Assembly: GCA_951406725.2 (NCBI GenBank)
Contig: OX597830.1
Location: forward strand, 24,490,001-24,554,000
DNA from: Octopus vulgaris
Lineage: Eukaryota
Direction: 5' to 3'
Length of the DNA: 64,000 nucleotides
Shown here: piece by piece, positions 25,060 to 38,185 of the stretch
Position numbering within the stretch: the first letter of the stretch is position 1
Layout: every line of letters starts with the position of its first letter
Made by a program: the position numbers and the translations under genes
Notes under the pieces: generated by a model
Databases searched by the model: none
Seen by the model: only the letters and a program-made list of their open reading frames with translations
What the model was told of the DNA's origin: nothing

Positions 25060-26380
25060 ATAAATAACAATGCAGTTTTTCTTAGTGTGGGAGAGAGGCA
25101 GTTTTTGGGCTCCTGTGTGCTTGTTTGTCATTGTGTCGGTGGGGTGTGGAGAGGGTTGGTGTCTGTAGGGTAGGGTGGGGTGTGGTTGGGAGTCGGGTAG
25201 GTGTGGGATGGGAGTCAACATTCACAGGGTTTCTTTTTTTTTCTCTTTTTCTACCAGCCTTTTCCCATTCATTTCCTTCATTCACCTTCTTTCTCGGCAC
25301 TTATATTGTCTTTCGGCGGCACTGATGGTGCGGCTTCTTCCCTGCTTAACGGGCATTTCTTTGGTCTTTATGGGCGGTGGACAGTCCGCTCTATGCGTTA
25401 GCCATTTTAGTAACAGTAAACTTATGACGTTGAACCTTCTACATTTGTCTTCTAAAGGATATGATTTTTTTTATTTTTACGTGTGCAGTATGTAGTAGCA
25501 CTTGTAGCATCGCGGTATTCTGCCCTCCACTCTGATCCTGAGTGTCACATCTATGGTGATGGTCTCCACTATGCTTTCGAGGTCTTCCGGGGCCACCTGG
25601 ATTATCATGTCCAAGCTCTGCTCTTACCAGTTCTTGTGCGCCATTCTTGTAGTTTGGACGGACACTTTTCTTCGTTGTCCAGCAGTATGGCAGCTACTAG
25701 CCAGGCTACAACAGTCTCAGTGGGTGTATCTCCTAATCTAAACCTGGAAGCACGTCTCCCAAGGTATATGGGTAGAAGTACCACTTCCATCTTTTAAGGG
25801 CATTCCCGAGTGTAGCCTGGCAGTAGCTACCTCAGGGAACTGCACTTCCACTGTACTAAAGTTTATTCCTCTGGCAAGGTAAGAAATCCCTTGCCAGATT
25901 TTTAAAGCTTTTTCAACTTACACAGTCGTTGTGGTGTATTTTCTTTTTGACAGATTATGTCCTGTATCTGACAGTTCTCTCTTAGGTTGCTTTTAAAACT
26001 TCTTTGGGAGCGGACACCTTTACACCGCACCTTTACATCGCACTCCTCCCTACGAAGCATGTTCTAATATTTGCTTAGTCCTGATAATTCAATTTCGTTG
26101 CTGTGGCTCTTGGTCACTGCTGCAACATTTCTTTCCTCTATTTGTTCCTCCATTGCATTCACTGCCCTCAGTAGCTCCTCCGTGGAAGGCGTAAGTTCTG
26201 AGGAGCTGAGGTTTTCATGTATCATCCTTGACACCAGTGCTACCTCCTTTGAAGAAGGGGAAACAGTGCTACCCCCTTCGAAGAAGGAGAAAGCATCAAC
26301 AAACTGCTGTAAGACAGTAAAACAAAATGTAAAACAGTGTTTAAAAACCACGAAACCAACATTCAACAAATTTTGACTTG
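25060..26380 (-). mobile_element. ORF1-only retroposon, copy 2 (diverged paralogue of copy 1)
   Basis: ORF 25605..25790 MEVVLLPIYLGRRASRFR...VVAWLVAAILL and downstream RVEGRIPRCYKC match copy 1. Confidence 0.65.
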
Positions 26381-26514
26381 CATGACTTCAACTGTAGTAC
26401 ATAAGAGTAAGTAATCCATAAATGTAAAGAATAGTAGTGATTGATTGTTGCTTTATTTGGTGCAAACCTTGCAGAAATGCAAGGTAAAAGAAAAATTATA
26501 TTGGACATAACCAT

Positions 26515-26870
26515 AGGTGTAGGAGTGGCCGTGTGGTAAGTAGCTTGCTTACCAACCACATGGTTCTGGGTTCAGTCACACTGCATGGCACCTTGGGCAA
26601 GTGGCTTCTCTAGCCTTGGATCGACCAAAGCTTTGAGTAGATTTGGTAGACGGAAGCTGAAACAAGCCCGTCGTGTGTGTGTGTTTTTGTTTGTTTCTCC
26701 CCACTATCATTGCTTGACAACCAATGCTGGTGTTTGTCTCCGTAACTTAGCAGTTTGGCAAAAGAGGCCAATAAAATAAGTACTAGGCTTTCAAAGAATG
26801 TCCTGGGTGTTGATTTGTTCGAGTAAAGGTGATGCTCCATTGTAGCCAGTCAAATGACTGAAACAAAATA
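26515..26870 (+). mobile_element. tRNA-derived SINE, type B, near full length
   Basis: GGTGTAGGAGTGGCCGTGTGGTAAGTAGCTTGC..GGGTTCAGTC..CACCTTGGGCAAGTG..tail AATGACTGAAACAAAA. Confidence 0.9.
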
Positions 26871-29800
26871 AACTCCACTTGGGTAATGCAGGCTCAGCTA
26901 GTTAGGGCGAGAGGCCTGCTCAAGATAGGAGTGTCTATGTTGGCATCTTGTTCTTCGACGATATGTCCATGATGCAATGGATACACCTCAAATGGTAGTT
27001 CAGTTTCTTCTATTTTGCAAAGATTGCTCTCATCTCTTACCTACAGCTATTGTATAACTTCATAAACGCCATAAGAGTTCTATACACAATGTATATGGAA
27101 TTTCATCAATTGTTGTATGCAGTACTGAAGAATTTTTGCTGAATTCCATGTGGTGATGGTTTTGTTAGGTCAGCCTTGATTGTGCAAACCTATAATCAGA
27201 AAGTCCACCTGAGCATTTTCTTTCCACTTATTGTCCAATGTGCATTTCCTTTTAAATAGCAATGTGAACCGGGGGGGGGGGGATTTTAGGCGGTATTCTT
27301 AAGAAGGCAAGTGACTCCAGAAGCTCACTCTTCAGTTATTCTGACCAGCACTTGTCTGCAAAGCCAGAAAAATGGTGGGTAGCATGTTTCTGATTTATAA
27401 GCCGCTTCAGTTTTATAACTTTTATTTCAATAATGTCAGTGTTTTGTGTTTTTCATGTACTTGTACCTCTCCTCATGTGTAACCACCAACTCTTTAAGTC
27501 TGGTGACTATCTGATTCTTCTATCTTCTACTGCTCATATTAATTGTTGCATCAATCCTATGATTCTATCAATGCCTCTGAGTCTTGGCACTATAGAGATG
27601 GTAGATTTTGGTACAAGTTTTTAACTTGAATGTTTTCAGCTAAAATTTGTTCTTGAACTGTTTGCTAAAGTAGTTTCAATGACAATATCCAAGATGTAAT
27701 AAAAATGTTACCATGCAGACATGGTTGTGTAGTTAAGAAGTTTGATTTGCAAGTATGTGGTTCTGGGTTTGATGCCACTGCACAACACTTTGGCAACTGT
27801 TCTACAATTGCCTTAAATATGATTGAAGGAAACTATACAGAAGCACTTGGTATTTTTTCTTTATTACTTGCCACCATTATTTCATGTGGCCTATTTATAT
27901 ATAGGCACGGGTGTGGTTCTATGGTGACAAGTTTGCTTCCCAACTATATGGTCTTGGGTTCAATACCACTGCATACCACCTTGCTTTTGATTGGCAGTGA
28001 ATTCCTGCAGATTGATGGAAACAGTGTGCAGTGCATTTACATGGACAGTGTATCAATAGCAGGATCAGCAGAACATTTAAGAGGTGAATATCCATTGTCT
28101 ATTAGGATATGAAGCTAAGTTACCAAACTTTCCTGGGATTGGTTGATAGATTAGGAATTCAAAGCATATGTGTAAGGTTTATGATGTGAATAAATGGAGA
28201 AAAATAGAACCTTCTAACATGTACAAGAAATGGTCAACACTGCTATGCTGCAAAAACAATTCATTTCAGCTTGTGATAGATTCTTAGAAAAGAGAAGTTG
28301 CCACATCAGCACATTGCTGAAGGATGCCACCAAACTCTGCATCAGATGCATCAATTAACAAGCTTTTTACCACTTAGACAGCAATGTACTCATACATGTT
28401 CAAACACTCCAACATGTGAATGTACGCAGGTTTCTATGTGTATTTGTTTCAGCACTGCTACTTGGTGTACGTGTATTTTGTGCATTTGAAGTTTTGGTGT
28501 GTTATATAAGGATTCTTCTTGTCAGTTTCATGAGGGTCCAGTCTTTTTTATCTATTTCATGAGGGTTCAGCAGCCTGTATTATAAATGTTAGACTACCCA
28601 CACAGATGGCTTGTTTTCAGTGGTAAAGGGGATGGTATTGTGGTTTATGTGGGAGATTTGAAGTAAAGACGCCTACCTTCTCTTTGTCGACACAGACCTC
28701 TCTGGCAGTAATGCACCCTTCTATGTGGCCCGACCTGAACGCTAAAAATAGCTGCTGCTTTCCCTTACCTTGACAAAGCGCTCACACGACCAGCTCTGTT
28801 GGCTACCCTGATCAAAAAGGACCAATGCTCCCCTGCCTGCATGTATCATTCCTTCCTCTACAAGTCAGCCCCAAGTTCTGGTCAGCTCCCCAGCTGCTGA
28901 CGTCATCCCACGGGTATAGGACTGGCCACACTTTTCTGAAATGTTAATAGCAGAAAGGTGGTACAAATGTTTGAACAAAATACTCATGGTTCAGCATCAG
29001 AATTGGTATGAAGCAACACAGTCAGTTAAGACAATTTCTTTTAAGGCAGCACACTCTACACCATTGAGAGTAATAAGATGATTCTTATATGTATGTATGT
29101 ATGAATGATGCATAAGATATTCATGAGGTAGTTGGAGTTCCACATATTGGGGAATAAATCAATGACAGGAAATCACAAATTTTCCTCTTCTTGACATTGA
29201 AGAAACTAAGATAGATTTGGCTTTATTGATAGGATGAATACTTTATCATATGTCCTAGGAAATATGAAGAAATCCCCAAAAAGGCATTTACTTGGGTTTA
29301 TAATAATACCATTACGCAAAAGATGATCAGTATACCATCAATTGCCTTAATATTGCACTTAATTTTTCTAGATATAAACCATTTTAATTATTAGCAACAG
29401 TTCTGTATGGTGAGGGTAGCATATTCTTAAAAGCATTTTTGTACATTTTAACTGCAATAATTGACAAAATTAATGCCTCTGTCTTGTTTACTATATTATT
29501 TCCTTTGATCACCTGCTTCTTCTTAGTTCACTGCCATTGTTTTGTTTTTTTGTTGTTTTTTTTGTATTTACAAAATGGAAATCTAAATCCTTTTTTTTTT
29601 TTTTTGTATTTACTAAATGGAAATCTAAATCCTTGCTTTGCTTTTTTTCCCCCTGGGCCATTTTCTTAACACCATCTGTATGGATGCTAATGTACATTAC
29701 TTAATACTGAGGAAATAACTCTTTCTAATAACTAGTCATGAGGCTCATCTCTTCCCTGACCTTGTGTTTACTTTCTTTTCCTCTCTTAACCCACACTCTC

Positions 29801-30072
29801 AAGATTTAGTTGCATCATCTTGCGAATTTTTGTTGCACCATATTTTCCAACATTTTAACATGAGGTGATCTAGTTATACTAATTATATCACCAACTATGA
29901 TAATGTAAGATGATATTGCTAAATATCTTATATACAATCGGTTTTGTTTTTTTATATAAACTAATACTAAAACTCAGATTAAAGTACATGAACAGAAATG
30001 TACATGGAGTTCTCAGTATTGGTTATTTCTCACACAATTTAAGGTTTAGATTGTGATGTACAAATTTGTATG

Positions 30073-30115
<43 letters not shown>

Positions 30116-30117
30116 GC

Positions 30118-30410
30118 AACAGACTGGGTTTCAAGGGCCCACAACTTTTTAACATTCTCCCAAAGAGCCTGAGGAACTTGCACAAAGTAGATGTAGTGGT
30201 TTTCAAATCAAAGCTGGACATCTTCCTGTCGAGAGTCCCAGATGAACCTACCTCACGGCAAGAGGTGCAAATGAGAGTAGCTATATCAAACTCCATTCTT
30301 CACCAAGTGCCACATATTAGACGAGGTTCTTCGCAATGACAGTGTAGCACAAAACGGCGGTGCATCAGCATGGCCACAGCTCTGAGCTGAAACTAGAGAA
30401 AAAAAAATAT
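30118..30410 (+). mobile_element. CR1-like LINE 3' end (5'-truncated)
   Basis: Encodes LGFKGPQLFNILPKSLR..FKSKLDIFLS.VPDEP; same family and tail as 35640-35960. Confidence 0.85.
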
Positions 30411-30722
30411 ATATATATATTAAACTATGGTTGCAGAACAAACAAATATAAGGTCATCCATGTAACATTTCATATCTCGAACATTTAATCACATAATGCT
30501 TTTTTTCTTTCACATAAAATAGACCTGCATAAAATCACGGAAGATGAAACACAACTCATCAATACAAGCATATAAGATGTGTGAATACAGTCCACCATGG
30601 TTAAAAGTTAATGATTAAAACTTTAGCGACTAAAAAAAATATTTTAACATTATAACATCTAGAATAATAAATACATAAAAATATAAAGAAATATATAAAT
30701 ATATAAAGATATAAAAATACAT

Positions 30723-30764
<42 letters not shown>

Positions 30765-31463
30765 TAAACAATTTAGGAATGGCCTCAACAGGCCATTCGT
30801 CCACCATAAAGAGCAGCCAGAACTCAAACCGCCAAGTAGTGCAATTCGGAAACAAGGTGAAAATTTAAAAACGTTTACCCTAATTCATCTTTTAGACGAT
30901 GCATCGTTTCTGTGTTTTTAATGATAGACCAGCTTAATTAAATTAAATTAAGCTAGTCTACCATAGGTCACACTTCATCAGTAAAAGAAACCTGGGAGAG
31001 ACGAATATACACAAGGCGACTGTATCAATGCCTCAGGAATATCTGTCTTAAAATTTTCAAGACCAACGCATTCGCGCCAACTTAGCAGCAAATATAAACT
31101 GCCGATTCAATCTCAGAATTAGTCAGAAAATTATCAATTAATCAATTTAGGGTAGCAAAAAATTCAGTAGAAATCTATCGCTACCAGCGGCCTAGTGGAA
31201 AAGAGAAAATATATATATATATATATATATAGGAAACATAAATAAATATATAAGGTAAGATAAAAGTTCGTTTAGAAATTTTTTTCGATTAAAAATTACT
31301 TTTCAAGATAAGGGAAAACCTATTGTTAAAAGCCAGTGTCCAAGCAAAAAAAGAACCATAGTTTAATATGTCTCATTTGAGTACTACTATAGCAGTCTTA
31401 TTAAACATTTTGTTCCTGATAAACAATCACTTTATTATTGATATATATTCATATATTCATTTA

Positions 31464-32249
31464 GAGATAGTAGGTCCCTTCATCCCACCATATAAAAGGA
31501 ATTTTAGTTTAAATACTTACTACTTTATAACTTGGCTACACGTGTTTCTTGAGGCACATTTCTCGGTTCCTTAACCACGCTGTGTTTTACTGGAACCATT
31601 CTTAAAATATGCCCCAATCATCAAGCCTCTATATCACTTTCTCATAGTTTGATACTATGAATTATATTTTAATTTTTTAAACAAATAAGTATGTTTAAAA
31701 TAGGTTCGCCGGACCCTACTGTACAAGCCATAATTTAATTCAAATGAAAAATTATAAAAATAAAATAAAGATGAAAATTAAAAAATATAAATGAAAATAA
31801 AAATTTACAAAAAACTATGTTCTTACATAACTTATGTCTACAAGTATAAAATTAATAATATATAGGGATAAAAATATGTACTTGTGATGATATAAAATGA
31901 AAGGAATGGCAAAAAAAAATGTATTCAAATAAAAATGGAAGCAATGACATATTTTCAAATAGAAACCATAGTACGAATGATGAAATGCAAAATTTACAAA
32001 TGACACAAATGATAACAATTAAAAATTTACAAAGTGAAAATAACTTAAGGGTAACGTAAAGGAATATATACAAATCACCATTCACTCCATTGTCCTCCTA
32101 CGTCTTAATTACAGCTTGGCATCGCAAGGTCCAGCGAACTACCTCAACTACCGGGAAATGTACCTCAAGAAACATGTGTAGCCATGTTATAAAGTAGTAT
32201 TTAAATTAAAATTCCTTTTATATGGTGGGATGAAGGGACCTACTATCTC
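31464..32249. mobile_element. MITE with ~100-bp terminal inverted repeats and TA flanks
   Basis: 31464-31566 (GAGATAGTAGGTCCCTTCATCCCACCATATAAAAGG...) is the reverse complement of 32151-32249; TA at 31462-63 and 32250-51; AT-rich non-coding interior. Confidence 0.85.
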
Positions 32250-34466
32250 TAACTGAAAATATATATTTCCTCATTGAGAATAATTTGAACCCCTGTTATG
32301 CCGGAATTTTTATTCCCTAACAAATAAAATTATATATATTACGGAAATGTACTTGCATAGCAAGTGACCTGATCTGTGATCGTGTGCTGGAACGAAAACA
32401 ATTGCAGCATGGAAGGTGTTTATATGCCATTTAAGAAACCTGCAAAAACCGTTAGATTCACTTCAACATTTAAATTTAATTTGTCAAAATATTTTTGGCG
32501 CTTTGAGACTGCAACCTGTTCATTGACAAAATTCTGTAGTGACACCTTGGGCAATTGATTTCTACAATAGTCTTAGGTCAACTAGTCTTGAGTACATTTG
32601 GTAGATGGAAACTGAAAGAAGCCCATTATGTGTAGACCCTTGAAATGTGAAGCTTAAAAATGAGCCTCACTGTCAATGTTCATTTCTAGCCTTCTGTGGA
32701 AAAATATCTGGCTATGGGGAAATATTGACTTTATTTAAACACAGTGGAGGGTTGGTGACTGGAAAGGCACCTGGCTGTAGAAAATCTACCTCAATAAAAT
32801 CCAAACCCATGCAAGCATGGAAAAGTGGTTTCCTGCTTCTTCTGGGTTGGCTTTTGCAGTTTCCTAATGGAAATACAAATCTGTGTTTCATTTTTTCCTC
32901 CATTTTATAAATTGATATTTTGTCACTAATTGATGGCAAAAGCTGACTCGGTCAATCAGTTGCACTGATTAACCATTCTAGTTTATTGAACACTCTCCTT
33001 TTAGGACTTGCTATGATCTGTTATCAAGCAAGTTTGTGAATGACAATTTTTCCAAAGATAGCACCATACCACTTTATTAGATGACCTGACGGAACCTAAA
33101 ATGAAACCTTATTGGCTACAAGCTTATCAAAATGTAAAATGCTACTTCATATTGATATTTAAAATTGGTGAAATCAGCATACAGGAATGCTATTTATTTG
33201 GGTTATGTTTTAACATCAAATGTTACCAAGGTTGACTTAGGTCTTTCATCCCTTTGGGATTGACCCCAGTAGACAACTGGTACATATTTTATCAATGTAA
33301 TCTACTTCCCATTTCTTCATTTGTCTTTGCTATATCACTTGTGGATGTTCAACTCTGGAGCAAATTTCCCTCCAGGCTCTGCAAGATGACCTTATGCATG
33401 TCAACTCTGAGACTGCAGTCCTGTCCTGCAGTCCTGTCCTGCAGAAGTTGATATACATGATATGCATCTGACCACTCAACTTAAATGTCTCTATTGGGTA
33501 CACAATGACAGGATGATATTTGCGAAAAGTGACCTGCGAATTTTAGCCATCTGGCTGACCGGTGGTCAAGATCCACGTAGTAACTTGACATGTAGGCAGC
33601 ATAAAAAGTAAAGGCTTTGTGCAGAAGTCAAATGTATGTGTTGTCTAGTAATTTTCTACTCTAGGCACAAGGCTCAAAATTTCGGGGGAGGGGCCCAGTT
33701 GATTAGTAATTATTGTTGGGCCACTGAGAGCCCAGTATTCAGGACTGTTGAGCAGAAAAGATTCTACTGTAGCAGGAAGCAGACAGTTTTACATTAAGTT
33801 TTGATACTTTCCAAATTTTTCATAGCTAGTTGGATGCTTCACAAATGTGAAGTGACTCCTGGTTTGTCAGGAATTTGAGCATCTGTGAGTGTGATGCCAC
33901 CTGCAAAATCAAAATTAGTGAAACTTTGTGGGGACAGTTATGCCTACTTCAGATACCCTAGCATACTGCAGTACGTAGTCTGTGACTATAAGGGAAAGGA
34001 AAGAAGCTTAGGTGTCCTCATTGGTGCATAAGAAATAAATTTTGCAGTTTGCATGGATAGAGCAGATACCATTTGCTCTCTGTCCAGTGGACAGTCAATA
34101 GCTTTGATATTCAGATATCTTTACTGAGATGGTTTCAGCGAGTAACTTATCTGTCGAGCTCCATCAGATGTCAAGCTGACCAGAATCATTCCTGTTCTGA
34201 AAAAGGAAAACCTAAGAGAACACTCCTCATATTGTGGCATTAGCCAGGTGTCCTGCTCAACCAACCTTTTCAATCTTACTTGTTCACTTTGATCTGAGTA
34301 ATATTTCAGTAGGGCCTCAGAAACGATTAAGGTTTTTGCAAAGGCTGCCTCTTTTTTTTTTTTTTTTTTTTTTTTTAATTGCTGGCATTGAGCCCATTTT
34401 AGAATCCTTTATTAGAGGCTGAAGAGCCCTAATCTTTTTGAATGGAACATTGATCTAAAGAAATGT

Positions 34467-35960
34467 CTGCTTTTGAAAGTATGTAAGAGTCCTAGCAAGA
34501 CCACTGCAATTCCTCTTTCAGAGCTTCCTTGCAACTGGCAAACTTCCAAGAAAACTGAAGGAAGGTAAAATATGCCCTATTCATAAAGGAGGTAGCAGAG
34601 TGGAGGCCAAGAACTACAGACCTATCTCTCTGACCTCGCACATCAGCAAGGTCATGGAAGGAATAGTCAGAAGGAAACTAATCACCTTCCTGGAAGAAAA
34701 TGACTTACTGCCTGACACCCAACATGGTTTCCGACCAGGAAGAAGCTGCTTAACTCAGCTCCTACAACACTATGACCGGGTGCTGAAACGACTGCTCAAC
34801 CACTCAAATGTGGAAGTCATATATCTTGACTTTGCAAAGGCCTTTGATAAAGTCGATCATGGAATGATATGTCACAAACTGCGTGATCTTGGCATAGTTG
34901 GAAAATTGGGAGAATGGCTTCATGACTTTCTGAAGGATAGAAGTCAGGTGGTAGTAGCCAATGGGGCCACTTCCAGTAACATGCAAATAGTGAGCGGTGT
35001 TCTGCAAGGAACTGTCTTGGGACCACTACTGTTCATAATGGCCCTCTCAGACATGCCCTCAGCCACACAGCCACGATCACAAGTTATGCAGATGATGCAA
35101 AAGTTTCACAGGCAATACAGAACCCTGAAGACACTAAGCAGGAGGGATTGCAATCCCAGAGGCACAATCAGTGCGAGACCTGGGTATTTACATGAGTGAT
35201 GATGCAATCTTTCATGTGCATGTTGCTAAATTGGCAATGAAATGTAGGTGGCTGACCGGATGGATTCTTAGAACCTTTAGAACAAGAGACCAGGAAACCA
35301 TGATGGTCCTCTGGAGGACACTTGTCCTAAGCCACTTTGACTATTGCTCTCAGCTACGGTCACCATCCAGTGTCAAGTTAATCACAGAACTTGAGGCAAT
35401 CCAACGAAGCTACACGAAGAAGATAGCCTCTGTGCAGCATATAAGCTATTGGGAAAGACTCAAGAGATTGAGACTCTATTCCTTAGAGCGTAAGCGAGAA
35501 AGATATGCCATAATATACATCTGGAAGATCCTAGAAGGACTTCTCCCAAACTTTGGCATCAAGAGTTACACAAATGCCAGAACTGGGCACCACTGCATAG
35601 TGCCAAGGACTCCAAATTTGCCATCAAGATGTAGGACGAGATACTGTGATAGCCTGGGCTTCCGAGGCCCACAGCTCTTCAATATCCTCCCGAAGAACCT
35701 AAGAGACCTGCATGGGGTGGATGCAGATGTCTTTAAAATAAAACTGGATCTCTTCTTATCAGGTGACCCAGATGAACCAACTTCATGGCAGGGGGTGCAG
35801 ATGAGGGCAGCTGCATCGAACTCTTTCATGCACCAAATGGCAATTGCTAAAAAGCATTTCGTGAAGTAAAATCATGTAGCAACACCAAATGGCGGTGCCC
35901 CAGCATGGCCACAGCTTGTGAGCTGAAACTAGATAAAAATTTAAAAAATAAAAAAATAAA
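34467..35960 (+). mobile_element. CR1-like LINE ORF2 RT and 3' end, frameshifted with an internal deletion
   Basis: ORFs 34600..35199 (NYRPISLTS, QHGFRPGRSC, YLDFAKAFDKVDH, QGTVLGPLLF) and 35171..35869; YADD in a shifted frame near 35085; A-rich tail. Confidence 0.95.
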
Positions 35961-37109
35961 TATGTAAAGCAATATCTTGTTACTGTTTAATAAATTTATC
36001 TAAATTAGTCATGCCTGTATCTCTATTGATCAAATATAGCTTTGCTTAAGTTTGATTCCTCCTTGGTTGTGCTCAAACATGTCATCTGGATAGTGGATTT
36101 ATTTTATATACTGTCTTCTTGCTTACTTTTTATTGAACATTGTAAAACAGCAGTTGTTGTACCACAAGACATTAAGGCCTATTTTAACAAACCAACGTTT
36201 GTTAATGGTACTGGCTTCACTTCATCAGTTTAAACTCGAATGTATCTCTGAAATATAATTGAAAAATTCCATGCTGGTTAACAAGTGATAAGTGAATTCA
36301 ATATTAGGGGTTGGTTATGCATGAACTAATCTGGTTTGGTTTTATATTTCTACAAAGAAGTGAAGCCCACTTGCTACTTGGTGGAATATTATCTAATATC
36401 CCAGTTACTTGATTCTTGTAATTTCAAAATGAGTGGGGGAAAATAGGAATGGGCAGTTTGAGGTGTAAAATATGAAAATTGTATTATTTTATCTTTGATA
36501 TTTGCTTTATAATTTTTAAGCCTATTGGTACCTTTTAACAATTGACACTACTTGATTAACAATGTAATCAATATTAATATGCTAGTTCTGACACCACTAG
36601 CATATTAAATCGGGTGTCTGGTTCAAGGGTGCATACAAAGAAATCTGAGCTCTTGTTTGATCTGTCAAACTGGTGAAGTCGAAGATTACTTTTGAGGAAT
36701 TTTGATTAACCAATGAATAGCCAGAAGTCACCTTTTGGAATTAAGGTGACTTTGGCTATGAATATTCACATGCAGATTGAAACTCTTAAATTTATTGTGA
36801 AGTACTGTGGTACTTTCATTGTATTATGGGGTAAATGCATTTATTAGTGTGGGACCACTCATCAGTCTGTTGTGCACATTTGGCATTTTTTTTAAAGTTA
36901 CAAACTGACTGAAAGTAATTATTTTTGCTATACTTTGCTTTCGTGGTCAGTAAATAATAGTTGACCACTAGGGTTGATGAAATTAGCTTCCCCTCCCCTT
37001 CAACTTCAGTTTGATGGATCAAACTAGATCTGAGGTCTCTTTACAGTTTCCCTTGAAACAGACGGCTGACTTAAAACAAGCTTTGCTGGAACCGGATAAT
37101 GAATTTTAT

Positions 37110-38185
37110 TTTATGTGGTCTGATCAATAAATATCCAGACTATTGCCATAGTAATGAAGTTAAAGCATGCAGTGAACCTTGAACTCTGCCATGTATGTGC
37201 ACTGTTTTAATGTTCTAGCACACTTCTGCTGTTTACAGCAGTGCTTGGAAGAAACTTGTGTAGTGTATGATCATTGCATTGAGCAGAGAATATGCATCAA
37301 ATTTTGCTAAAAGCTTGGTGATACCTCAAAAGTGCTGGCCTTGTGAGAAAATCAAAATTTATCAGAGGCTGGAGAAAGCTAATATTTTCTGGATTGGACA
37401 TCCATGCAAAGAAACTCTTGCTTTTGAAAAGGAATATACATAAACCAAGGCCCTTTCAGTTTGTCCTTTCACTAAATTAGTTATATATCTCTGTAGATCT
37501 GATATACCCTTATTTAGTTTCCTTAGTTGTGCATAAATGAGTCATCTAGATAATGAATTTTATTTTACATGTTCTGATCAATAAGTATCTAGACTATTGC
37601 CATAGTAACAAAGTTAAAGCACACAGTGAACCTTGAACTCTGCTGTGCATATGCACTGCTTTAACGTTCTAGCTCCCTTCTGCTATTTACAGCAGTGCTT
37701 GAGAGGAACATGTGTAGTGTATGATCATTGCATTAACCATGACAGAAAATTGAGCAGAGAATATGCATCAAATTTTGTCAAAAGCTTGGTGATACCTGCT
37801 CAGAGGCCTACGCAAAGCTTTCAAAGTTTTCATCAATCTCAACACAAGATCTTGTGCAACTGAAACTGGAGTCTTCTTGTTCAGCTGAAAGTTTTGGTAC
37901 AAACTTGGCGTGCATCTCATACCCAAATCTTCAGTGATAATGAACTGAACTGTAGCTAATCTGCACATCCTCTGATAACTCATGGATTACCCCTGAGCAG
38001 GTATTGCCATGACAACTTTCTGTCATGGTTAATACGATGATCTCTTGCTACACACCTTCCTTCCAAGCACTGCTGTAAACAGTGGAAGTAAGCTAGAATG
38101 TTAGAACTTAGCGTGCATGCACAGCAGAATTCAAGGTCAATCTGTGCTAAATGGCTTCATTTTGTGTGCTTCAGCTTCATTACAA
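37110..38185. mobile_element. mariner-derived element with long inverted termini and a duplicated left arm
   Basis: Left arms TGATCAATAA.TATC.AGACTATTGCCATAG at about 37120 and 37575, leading into a decayed transposase start (..SREYASNF..); 38010-38183 is the reverse complement of the arm. Confidence 0.8.
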
